Shown here piece by piece: positions 45,799 to 54,084 of a stretch of DNA of 64,000 nt (position 1 is its first letter; each line of letters begins with the position of its first letter). Both the position numbers and the translations under genes were made by a program. The notes beneath the pieces were generated by a model. That model searched no databases. It was not told where the DNA came from and worked only from the letters and a program-made list of their open reading frames with translations. Source of the DNA: Candidatus Woesearchaeota archaeon (GTDB lineage: Archaea; Nanobdellota; Nanobdellia; Woesearchaeales; GCA-2687795); contig JASMCJ010000008.1 of NCBI GenBank assembly GCA_030753365.1, forward strand, positions 928 to 64,927, read 5' to 3'.

Positions 45799-46335
45799 AT
45801 GACTTTAACATCAAATGTTACAAATATTTTATCTTTATTGACTATTTTTGGAAATATTTTGATAGGGTATTTCCTTATTCTTTTTATCTTTAAGAAAGAG
45901 ATTAAAGTTTCCGGATTTTTAAAGAAAAATGCTTTACTCTTTGCTTTTATTGTTGCACTAATCGCTACAACTGGGAGTTTATTTTATTCTGAGATTGCTG
46001 GTTATGAACCCTGTAAATTATGTTGGTTTCAAAGAATCTTTATGTATCCACTGGTTATTTTGTTTGGGACAGCTTTAATTAAAAAAACACGTAGTGTTGT
46101 TCACTATGCAATACCTATGAGCATAATAGGAGGATTTATTGCTGCATATCATTATGCTATTCAAAGGTTGACTTATTCAGCTTCTTGTTCAGCAGATGGA
46201 ACTTCATGTACTGCTAAATACTTTTTTCATTATGGTTATATTACTATTCCAATGATGGCTTTGACTGCTTTTATATTAATAATTATTTTATGTTTTATTC
46301 TGAAGAGTAAAAAAATAAAAAGTGATGAAAAGTGA
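45799..46335 (+). CDS. DsbB/BdbC-family disulfide bond formation protein B
   Basis: EPCKLCWFQRIFMYP first-loop CxxC motif and a second Cys pair in the later periplasmic loop (SCSADGTSC); 4 TM; SD GGAGG upstream. Confidence 0.7.
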   Translation: MTLTSNVTNILSLLTIFGNILIGYFLILFIFKKEIKVSGFLKKNALLFAFIVALIATTGSLFYSEIAGYEPCKLCWFQRIFMYPLVILFGTALIKKTRSVVHYAIPMSIIGGFIAAYHYAIQRLTYSASCSADGTSCTAKYFFHYGYITIPMMALTAFILIIILCFILKSKKIKSDEK

Positions 46336-47300
46336 AGACTAAAAAACTTCTTATTTTTTTTATATTTCTTGTTATTATTTCATCTTATGTTTTTGCACAG
46401 TCTGAGATACCTATTGGATTACAGAGGATTATTGATTTTAATAAGCAAAGCACTATGGATTTTGCTGTTAAGATTTCATTTTTTGTGGCTTTTGTTGCAG
46501 GAATTTTAGGGATTTTATCTCCTTGTATATTACCATTTCTGCCTGCTTATTTTTCTTATACGTTTAAAGAGAAGAAGAATATTACAAAGATGACTTTGGT
46601 TTTCTTTTTAGGGTTTTCAACAGTGTTTGTTGCAATGGGCTTGATTGCAGGATATATTGGAGAGAGGTCTTTGATGATTGTACAAAGCAGCTGGCTGGTT
46701 AGTATTGCTGGATTGTTTTTGATAGTATTGGGTGTTATGTCTTTGTTGGGTAAAGGATTTTCTTCTTTTATTAAGTTTCATCATAAGTTTAAGAATGACG
46801 TTATAGGAACTTTTCTGTTTGGAGTGTTTTTTGCTATTGGATGGACTGCTTGCTTAGGTCCAATATTGGGAGGTATCTTGGGGATTGGAGCGATCCTTCA
46901 TAATATGTTTTATTCAGGTTTGCTACTGTTCTTTTATTCTTTAGGTAATCTTGTGCCTTTGTTTCTTTTTTCAGTGTTCTATGATAAGTTTAAGCTTTCT
47001 GAGAGCAAGCTCATTAAAGGGAAGATGTTTAAGTTTTCAGTTTTAGGAAAAGAGTTCAATGTGCATTCTACTAATCTTATTTCTGGGTCTTTGTTTATAA
47101 TAATAGGGAGTATACTAATTATTTTTAAAGGGACTGCTATATTCAATACATGGGATTTTCTTGGAACAAAACAATACTTCTATTCATTCCAGGACCTGCT
47201 TATTGACTGGAAGTATGCAAATATTCTTGGGGTGACTATTTTTGCTTTGTTTGTTGTGATTGTTGGAAGGTTTTTGTGGAAGAATAAGAACAAGAAATAA
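46332..47300 (+). CDS. ccdA: CcdA/DsbD-family transmembrane thiol:disulfide electron-transfer protein, with C-terminal extension
   Basis: LSPCILPFLPAYFSY and GWTACLGPILG conserved-Cys motifs; 322 aa. Confidence 0.75.
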   Translation: MKTKKLLIFFIFLVIISSYVFAQSEIPIGLQRIIDFNKQSTMDFAVKISFFVAFVAGILGILSPCILPFLPAYFSYTFKEKKNITKMTLVFFLGFSTVFVAMGLIAGYIGERSLMIVQSSWLVSIAGLFLIVLGVMSLLGKGFSSFIKFHHKFKNDVIGTFLFGVFFAIGWTACLGPILGGILGIGAILHNMFYSGLLLFFYSLGNLVPLFLFSVFYDKFKLSESKLIKGKMFKFSVLGKEFNVHSTNLISGSLFIIIGSILIIFKGTAIFNTWDFLGTKQYFYSFQDLLIDWKYANILGVTIFALFVVIVGRFLWKNKNKK

Positions 47301-48119
47301 TTATTCTTTAATATGTCCATCAACCCCAACAGTTATCTGTTTTAGAGTTATTCTTTTACCTGATTCATTTAATGCTTCTTCAACAATACTGTATAGTCCA
47401 TAGCAACATGGCACTTCCATGATTGCAACGGTTATTGTGTTAAGATTGTTCATTTCTATTATTCCTTTTATTTTTTCTTTGTATTCTTCTATATCATCAA
47501 GTTTAGGGCAGCCTATTGCTAGTGATCTTCCTTTGATTAATTGGCTTTGTAGGTTTGGGTTTGCAAAGCCAACACAGTCTGCTGCTATTAATAAGTCTGA
47601 GTCCTGAAAGAATGGTGCAGATGGTGGGAGAAGGTTGAGTTGGATAGGCCATTGCCTTAGTTCTGATTCTTGTTCAGAAGAAGGTTGGTTATTTTTGGGT
47701 TTTAATTCTCTTAGTTGTGTTCCTGGACAGCCGCAGGGTAAATCTTCTTTCATTTTAGTTTCCTCCATTGTGATTTTTATATTGTTTTCATTGAGATATT
47801 CTACCGCTTCATTGAGCAGTTTTGTTTCTCCATGATCTTTGAGATGTTTTAGATGCGCTTTGATTGTGTTTTCTCCATGTTTTACAATGTTTTCCATTGT
47901 TTTCTTTTCATCATAGGGTTCTGCTTCTCTCTCTTCTATGGTTATTGCGCCTTCAGGGCAGTGACCTATGCAAGCGCCTAAGCCATCACAGAATAAGTCA
48001 CTGATTAATCTTACTTTGCCATCTATTATTTGCAATGCGCCTTCTGGGCAGTTGGGGATGCATTTGCCGCAACCGTTGCATTTGGTTTCGTCTATTTTGA
48101 TTATACTTCTTTTTACCAT
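47301..48119 (-). CDS. 4Fe-4S dicluster-domain protein with Cys-rich C-terminal domain
   Basis: CNGCGKCIPNCP and CDGLGACIGHCP ferredoxin motifs; further Cys pairs (CGCPG, CPKL, PCCYG). Confidence 0.5.
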   Translation of the reverse strand: MVKRSIIKIDETKCNGCGKCIPNCPEGALQIIDGKVRLISDLFCDGLGACIGHCPEGAITIEEREAEPYDEKKTMENIVKHGENTIKAHLKHLKDHGETKLLNEAVEYLNENNIKITMEETKMKEDLPCGCPGTQLRELKPKNNQPSSEQESELRQWPIQLNLLPPSAPFFQDSDLLIAADCVGFANPNLQSQLIKGRSLAIGCPKLDDIEEYKEKIKGIIEMNNLNTITVAIMEVPCCYGLYSIVEEALNESGKRITLKQITVGVDGHIKE

Positions 48120-48152
48120 TGTTTTGTTGAGAATTAATGTGGCTATATAAAA

Positions 48153-49400
48153 GTGATGGTTTTAGAATATAAGTTTAAGTCTCTGAATCGTTTATTTAAT
48201 AATTACAGTTTAAAACAAAAACCTTATATTCTTGTTAAACCAGTAATTATCTTTATGGTATATCAACCTTTAGAAGATTCACTTTTGTTAATGAAGTATA
48301 TTGACAAGTATTCAAAAGGAAGTGTGTTAGATATTGGTACAGGCTCTGGTGTATTAGCTGTTGAGGCTGCTAAGAATGCTGAGACGGTTGTTGGTGTTGA
48401 TATTGATGAGAAGGCTATTAAGTATTGTAAGAAAAATGTTAAGGATGAGAAGATTAGGTTTTTTAAGGGTAATTTGTTTAAGGATGTTAAGGGTAAGTTT
48501 GATTTGATTGTGTTTAATCCGCCGTATCTTCCTAAAGATAAGGAGGATAAAGATATTGCGCATTGCGGCGGGAAGCATGGGTATGAAGTTGTTGAGAGAT
48601 TTATTAGAGAAGTTGGCGATTATCTTGAGCCTGATGGGAAGGTTTTGTTGTTGTTTTCTTCGCTTACTAATAAAGAGAAGGTTGATGGGTTTGTTAAAGA
48701 GAATTTGCTTGGATTTGAGTTGTTGGAGGAGAAGAGCTTCTTTTTTGAGAAGCTGTATGTTTATCTTTTATGGAAGTCAGAGATTCTTGTTGAGCTGGAG
48801 AAGAGGTTTGAGAAGATTAAGTTTTTGGAGAGAGGACATAGAGGAATGTTGTTTACTGGGAAGTTTGATGGCAAGAAGGTTGCGATTAAAGTGAAGAATC
48901 CTGAGAGTGAAGCGATTGAGAGGATTGGGAATGAAAGGAACTGGCTTGAAAGGCTGAATAATCGAGGGATTGGGCCTAAACTTTTGGTTAAGGAGAAGGA
49001 ATACTTTGCTTATAGGTTTGTTGAAGGAGAGTTTATTCTTGACTTTTTGGGGAGAGCTTGTAAGAGAGATATTGTTAAGGTTATAACAGCAGTGTTTGAG
49101 CAGCTTTTTGTTTTGGATAAACTGGGTGTTAATAAGGAAGAGATGCATCATCCAGTTAAGCATGTTATTGTTGGGAAGAATTTGAAAGTTACTTTGTTGG
49201 ATTTTGAGAGATGCCATAGAAGTTTGAAGCCGAAGAATGTTACACAGTTTTGTCAGTTTGTTTGTTTGAAGAAGGTTTCTGAGTTGCTGAAGAAGAAGAA
49301 AATTAAGATTAGTATGAAGAAGATGATTAAGAGCGCTAAGATGTATAAAGGGGAGATGAGTGAGGAGAGTTTGGAGGGGATTTTGGAGAATATTAAGTAA
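48153..49400 (+). CDS. Fusion of an Mtq2/HemK-type SAM-dependent methyltransferase (NPPY motif) with a C-terminal Bud32/RIO-like kinase-fold domain that lacks canonical catalytic motifs
   Basis: N-terminus EDSLLLMKY..LDIGTGSGVLAV..LIVFNPPYLP. C-terminus LERGHRGMLFTGKFDGKKVAIKV (Gly-loop/VAIK-like). HGD is replaced by HPVKH and DFG by DFE. Confidence 0.55.
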   Translation: MMVLEYKFKSLNRLFNNYSLKQKPYILVKPVIIFMVYQPLEDSLLLMKYIDKYSKGSVLDIGTGSGVLAVEAAKNAETVVGVDIDEKAIKYCKKNVKDEKIRFFKGNLFKDVKGKFDLIVFNPPYLPKDKEDKDIAHCGGKHGYEVVERFIREVGDYLEPDGKVLLLFSSLTNKEKVDGFVKENLLGFELLEEKSFFFEKLYVYLLWKSEILVELEKRFEKIKFLERGHRGMLFTGKFDGKKVAIKVKNPESEAIERIGNERNWLERLNNRGIGPKLLVKEKEYFAYRFVEGEFILDFLGRACKRDIVKVITAVFEQLFVLDKLGVNKEEMHHPVKHVIVGKNLKVTLLDFERCHRSLKPKNVTQFCQFVCLKKVSELLKKKKIKISMKKMIKSAKMYKGEMSEESLEGILENIK

Positions 49401-50205
49401 AAACATAAATTATATTAACAACCCTATCTTACCTTTTTCTAAAATGTCGCTTTTCCCTAACATAAGCATTCCGTTTATTGTTGTGGTCGTTTCTATTATA
49501 TTTGCAAGTTTAAAGGTTGTTAAACAGTATGAGAGAGGTGTTCTGTTTACTTTAGGTAAGTATTCCGGTGTTCTTAATCCTGGATTGAAGCTGGTTATCC
49601 CCCTTATACAGACATGGGAAAGGATTGATATGAGGGTTAAAGCTGTTGACGTGCCTAGCCAGGAATGTGTTTCTAAGGATAATGTTAGTTTGAAGGTTAA
49701 TGCTGTGCTGTATTATAAGGTTGAGCATTCTGAGAAGGCTGTGATTGAGGTTGAGCATTTTGGGTATGCGGTTTCACAGTTGGCACAGACCACGATGAGA
49801 AATATTGTGGGTGAGTTTGAGCTTGATGAGATTCTACAGAAAAGAGAGGTTCTTTCAAATAAGATACAGCAGATTGTTGATAAGGATACTGACCCTTGGG
49901 GTATTAAGGTTAAGAAGATTGAGATTAAGGATATTGAATTACCTGAGACAATGAAAAGGGCTATGGCTCACCAGGCTGAATCTGAAAGAGACAGGAGGGC
50001 AAGGATTATTCTTGCAACAGGTGAACAGCAGGCTGCGCAGAAGCTTGCTGAAGCTGGAAAGACGATTGCATCAGAGCCTGTGGCTTTGCAGTTGAGATTG
50101 TTCCAGACTATTAGCGATATCTCAACTGAGAAGAATAGCACTATTATTATGCCGATACCTATGGAGTTTATAGAGTATATTAAAGGGATTACTAAGAAGA
50201 AATAA
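49360..50205 (+). CDS. SPFH/Band-7 (stomatin/prohibitin-like) membrane protein
   Basis: N-terminal TM then the stomatin core YERGVLFTLGKYSGVLNPGLKLVIPLIQ..., with a coiled-coil tail. Confidence 0.8.
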   Translation: MRRVWRGFWRILSKNINYINNPILPFSKMSLFPNISIPFIVVVVSIIFASLKVVKQYERGVLFTLGKYSGVLNPGLKLVIPLIQTWERIDMRVKAVDVPSQECVSKDNVSLKVNAVLYYKVEHSEKAVIEVEHFGYAVSQLAQTTMRNIVGEFELDEILQKREVLSNKIQQIVDKDTDPWGIKVKKIEIKDIELPETMKRAMAHQAESERDRRARIILATGEQQAAQKLAEAGKTIASEPVALQLRLFQTISDISTEKNSTIIMPIPMEFIEYIKGITKKK

Positions 50206-50237
50206 GTTTTATATAGACAACGCTAATTCTTTTTCTT

Positions 50238-50867
50238 ATGGCATATAAAGCTGTTGTTTTTGATTTGGATGGGACTCTTGTGCATACAATGCCTGAGTAT
50301 AGATATAAGATTGTTGGGCAAACACTAAAAGAATTGGGAACTAGTTCTTCTAAACATTACATTGATAGGTTCTGGTTTGAAACAAGAAGAGATGATATTA
50401 TCAAAGAACATTTTGAAGTAGATGTTGACTTATTCTGGAAAACATTTAGACAGTGTGATACCATAGATCTAAGAAAACAGCTTACAAGAGTGTATGATGA
50501 TGTTGGTTTTGTTAAGGAGTTAAAGCAGAAGGGTTACAAAGTAGGGATAGTTACAGGAGCCCCATTGCATATTATGTCGCTTGAAGTGGATATGATAGGG
50601 GAAGAATATTTTGATGCTTTTGTGAGAGCGCAGCTTTCTAGTGGAATAAAGCCAAAACCTGACCCTCATGGGATTGAAGAATGCTTAAGCATTCTTGGAG
50701 TAAAGAAGGAGGAAGCTGTTTATGTGGGGAATGCTGATGAAGATGTTTCGGCTGCAAAGAATGCTCAGGTGTTTGATGTATTAGTGTTAAGGAATGAGCA
50801 TGAATTTCCTGATATTCAGGCTTCTTTGACTGTTAACTCCTTATATGAACTTAGGGAGTTGTTATGA
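50238..50867 (+). CDS. HAD-superfamily hydrolase
   Basis: Motif I VVFDLDGTL; downstream GNADEDV motif IV region. Confidence 0.75.
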   Translation: MAYKAVVFDLDGTLVHTMPEYRYKIVGQTLKELGTSSSKHYIDRFWFETRRDDIIKEHFEVDVDLFWKTFRQCDTIDLRKQLTRVYDDVGFVKELKQKGYKVGIVTGAPLHIMSLEVDMIGEEYFDAFVRAQLSSGIKPKPDPHGIEECLSILGVKKEEAVYVGNADEDVSAAKNAQVFDVLVLRNEHEFPDIQASLTVNSLYELRELL

Positions 50868-50899
50868 TTTATTCCAATACACTTAAATATTAATTTAGC

Positions 50900-51235
50900 T
50901 TGTTCTCTTTGATGGTTACTAAAAAGGATTTTAAGTGCAAGCAGTGCGGTGAATGCTGTAAATTGATTGTTAAGCTTTCTAAGAAGGATGTTGAGAAGAT
51001 TGAAAAGGCTGGGTATGGAAAGGAGGAGTTTGCTGCGCTTGACCCGTTGGAGCCTAAGTCTAAGGTGAAGGATGCTATGAAGAGGAGGAATAGCAGATGT
51101 GTGTTTTCTGATTTAAAGGACGATAAGTATTGGTGCAGAATCTATAAGATTAGACCGGAGAATTGCAAGATTTTTCCCTTTTTTAATGATGAGGTTGAGA
51201 GCTGCAAGCCTGATAGGCTGCTTAAATGGTGGTAA
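50900..51235 (+). CDS. YkgJ/UPF0153-family Cys-cluster protein
   Basis: CKQCGECCK at the N-terminus plus C-terminal Cys residues; 111 aa. Confidence 0.5.
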   Translation: MFSLMVTKKDFKCKQCGECCKLIVKLSKKDVEKIEKAGYGKEEFAALDPLEPKSKVKDAMKRRNSRCVFSDLKDDKYWCRIYKIRPENCKIFPFFNDEVESCKPDRLLKWW

Positions 51236-51287
51236 ATCCCAAAACTATTTAAATGAATGTTGAATTTCTATACTTGGTGATTATATA

Positions 51288-51857
51288 ATGGTGGATTTCA
51301 AACTTACAATTTCGGAAAAAGCTGGAAAGAGCTATCAAACAGTTATTAATGACCCTGACAGTAAGATGTTTATGGGTAAGAAGATAGGAGATAAAGTTAG
51401 CGGTGAGACTATTAACCTTGCTGGTTATGAGCTGTTGATTACAGGAGGCTCTGATTCTGCAGGCTTTCCTATGAGAAAGGATGTTAGTGGTTCAGCAAGG
51501 AAGAAGATATTGGCTGTTAAGGGTATTGGGCTTAAGAAGAAAGGGAAGGGTACAAGGCAGAGAAAGACTGTGTGCGGCAATACTATTCATGAAAGCATTT
51601 CTCAGATTAATCTTCAGGTTGTTAAGGAAGGCAGTAAGAAGTTAGCTGACGCTTTTGGAAGTAAAGAGGGTGAAGGAAAGGAAGGCGAAGAGAAAGCGCC
51701 TGAGAAGAAAGAAGCTGCTAAGGAAAAGAAAGCAGAAGAAAAGCCAGCTGAGAAGAAGGAAGAAGCACCAAAAGAGGAAGTAAAGAATGCTCTGACTACG
51801 TCCAGCACCAACTCCGTTGGAGAAGATAAACAGCCTGAAGAGAAAAAGGCTGAGTAA
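51288..51857 (+). CDS. rps6e: 30S ribosomal protein S6e with Lys/Glu/Ala-rich C-terminal extension
   Basis: GGSDSAGFPMRKDVSGSARKKILAVKGIGLKK block typical of S6e. Confidence 0.85.
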   Translation: MVDFKLTISEKAGKSYQTVINDPDSKMFMGKKIGDKVSGETINLAGYELLITGGSDSAGFPMRKDVSGSARKKILAVKGIGLKKKGKGTRQRKTVCGNTIHESISQINLQVVKEGSKKLADAFGSKEGEGKEGEEKAPEKKEAAKEKKAEEKPAEKKEEAPKEEVKNALTTSSTNSVGEDKQPEEKKAE

Positions 51858-52388
51858 ATGCCTGACAGATTTTCTTTGATTGTTGATAAGTATAGAGAGT
51901 TTACTGATTCTTTGTTGAATAAGGGTGTACTTCCATTAAGGGAAACTTCTAATGGTTTTTGGGGGATTTCTGTTTGTGAAGAGGTTTTTGAATTGTTTAG
52001 GAAGATTAGGCTGCAATGTTATAGGAGTTTTATTGATGTTGGCTCAGGAGATGGAAGGGTTACTGCGATTGCTTCTTTGTTTACAAATGCTGTAGGGATA
52101 GAATCTGATAAAGAGCTTTATGAGATGAGTGTGAAGATTAAAGAAGAGTTGGGGTTGAACTGTGAGTTTGTTAACAAAGATTTTTATGAGTATGATGTGT
52201 CAAGGTTTGAGGTTGTTTATTGCTTTCCTGATAATTTGAGCTATAGATTTGAGAAGAAGATGGTGGAAGAGTTGAAGGGGAAACTTGTTATGAGCGGTGC
52301 GAATTCAGGGCTTAGTGGGCTTAAGGAAGATAAAAGAATGGTGATTTTAGGAAATAGGTTTTTGGTGTATTCTAAGGGAAAGGATTAA
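51858..52388 (+). CDS. Small class-I SAM-methyltransferase-like protein (hypothetical)
   Basis: IDVGSGDGRV glycine-rich SAM-binding-like motif; 176 aa. Confidence 0.4.
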   Translation: MPDRFSLIVDKYREFTDSLLNKGVLPLRETSNGFWGISVCEEVFELFRKIRLQCYRSFIDVGSGDGRVTAIASLFTNAVGIESDKELYEMSVKIKEELGLNCEFVNKDFYEYDVSRFEVVYCFPDNLSYRFEKKMVEELKGKLVMSGANSGLSGLKEDKRMVILGNRFLVYSKGKD

Positions 52389-52391
52389 CAT

Positions 52392-53417
52392 TTGGAAAAA
52401 GATATATTTTTAAAATACGCTAGGTTTACAAATCTTAAGATGAAAAAGTATGATGTTTATGCAATTGGTAATGCATTGATGGATGTTTATACTAAAGTGG
52501 AGAATGAGAAATTAGTAGAGATTAATCTAAAGAAAGGGGATATGCATCTTGTTGATGAGGAACAGTCAAAAAGGTTTTTTGAAGGTGTTAAAGATAATAT
52601 ATTAAAGACTGGGCCTGGTGGCTCTTCTGTGAATGTTGCTGCTGGTGTTGCTATGTTAGGTGGTAGTGTAGCGTTCTGCGGGGTTGTAGGAAATGATGAA
52701 CAAGGTAGAATGTTTGAGGATATCCTTGTTAAAGAGGGAGTTATTGCTAACCTTGCTAAGAGCAGCAAGATGACTGGGAATGTTATTTCGTTTATTACAG
52801 ACGATAGTGAGAGGACATTTGCAACTCATCTGGGGGCGGCTCTCGAGCTGAAGAAGGAAGATGTTAGTGAAGAGGATATTATCGCAAGTAAGGTTCTTCA
52901 TATAGAGGCATATCAATTGGAGGATCCTAAGCTTAAAGAGGTTTGTTTTCATGCAATGGATGTTGCTAAGAGTAATGGTGTTAAAGTTTCTATTGATTTG
53001 AGCGACCCTGCATTGATTATGAGGAATCTTGAAGAGTTTAAGAAGGTTGTTAAGGATTATGCAGATATTGTTTTTGCTAATGAGGAAGAGGCTAAGGCGT
53101 TTACTGGTTTAGAGCCTGAAGAGGCATTGCATAAGATTGCTGAGGATGCTGAGGATGCTGTTGTTAAGTTGGGGAGCAAAGGTTCTATTATTAAGAATGG
53201 AGAAGATGTTTTTAAGATTGAGGCTGTTGAAGCTAATGCTATTGATACTACTGGGGCAGGTGATAGTTTTGCTGCAGGGTTCCTTTATGGATTTTGCAAT
53301 GAGTTGGGGATAGAAAAGTCAGGGAAGCTTGGCTCTTTTCTTGGAAGCAAGGTTGTGGAAGAGATTGGCACAAGGATTGAACAAGATGTTAAAGAGGAGA
53401 TTGAGCAATTAAAATAA
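52392..53417 (+). CDS. PfkB-family carbohydrate/nucleoside kinase (ribokinase superfamily)
   Basis: N-terminal GG motif region and C-terminal DTTGAGDSFAAGFLYG anion-hole motif. Confidence 0.75.
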   Translation: MEKDIFLKYARFTNLKMKKYDVYAIGNALMDVYTKVENEKLVEINLKKGDMHLVDEEQSKRFFEGVKDNILKTGPGGSSVNVAAGVAMLGGSVAFCGVVGNDEQGRMFEDILVKEGVIANLAKSSKMTGNVISFITDDSERTFATHLGAALELKKEDVSEEDIIASKVLHIEAYQLEDPKLKEVCFHAMDVAKSNGVKVSIDLSDPALIMRNLEEFKKVVKDYADIVFANEEEAKAFTGLEPEEALHKIAEDAEDAVVKLGSKGSIIKNGEDVFKIEAVEANAIDTTGAGDSFAAGFLYGFCNELGIEKSGKLGSFLGSKVVEEIGTRIEQDVKEEIEQLK

Positions 53418-53452
53418 AAATCCCAACCATCCAAAAGGATGGGGTATTTTTA
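53415..53452. terminator. Terminator-like hairpin (family member) immediately after the PfkB kinase stop
   Basis: AAAATAAAAATCCCAACCATCC-AAAA-GGATGGGGTATTTTTAGT; stem CCATCC/GGATGG then T-run. Shares the GGGGTATTTTTAGT tail with the 99 nt unit. Confidence 0.5.
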
Positions 53453-53519
53453 GTGTTCCAAATACCCTAAATAACTTGTATTGATAATATGAACACAACC
53501 ACCACAAGCGAAGGAGTAT

Positions 53520-54020
53520 TTGAAACAAATGAAACCTGAAGAGATTTATGAAAAACTGGAAAAGAGTTCTGAATTTAAAGAATGGAAAAAAGATAATAAG
53601 GGCTGTTTCTTGTCATATATGTTTAAGGTTACTCCTGGTGATGAAGATTGGCAGGTTGGATTTTATGATAAGGGAAAGGATAGCATTACAACTTTTAAGT
53701 TTGTGAATGATAAAGTAGAAATTATAGAGGATCAGAAAGTGTTTAAGAAGGAAGAGAGCAATGTCAATAAGTTAGAGCTTAATGATGTGAAGGTTGAGCT
53801 TGAAGAGGCTTTGAAAACTGCTAATAAAGTTAGGTCAGAGAAGTATAAAGTGGATTATTCTAAGATTATTGTACTTTTGCAGAGGCTTGATGTTGGGCAG
53901 ATATGGAATATTACGTATATTACTAATACATTGTCAACGTTGAATATTAAGCTTAGTTGTGACTCTGGGGATGTGTTGAGCGAAGAGCTTATCCCTTTGA
54001 CTAATTATAAGGGTGGTTGA
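53520..54020 (+). CDS. Hypothetical protein
   Basis: 166 aa, no motif recognized. Confidence 0.35.
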   Translation: MKQMKPEEIYEKLEKSSEFKEWKKDNKGCFLSYMFKVTPGDEDWQVGFYDKGKDSITTFKFVNDKVEIIEDQKVFKKEESNVNKLELNDVKVELEEALKTANKVRSEKYKVDYSKIIVLLQRLDVGQIWNITYITNTLSTLNIKLSCDSGDVLSEELIPLTNYKGG

Positions 54021-54084
54021 GGTTGTGTTTTATATATTTTCTAGTATAGTATTATTTATATAATTCTTATTTTTCTAAAAGTGG

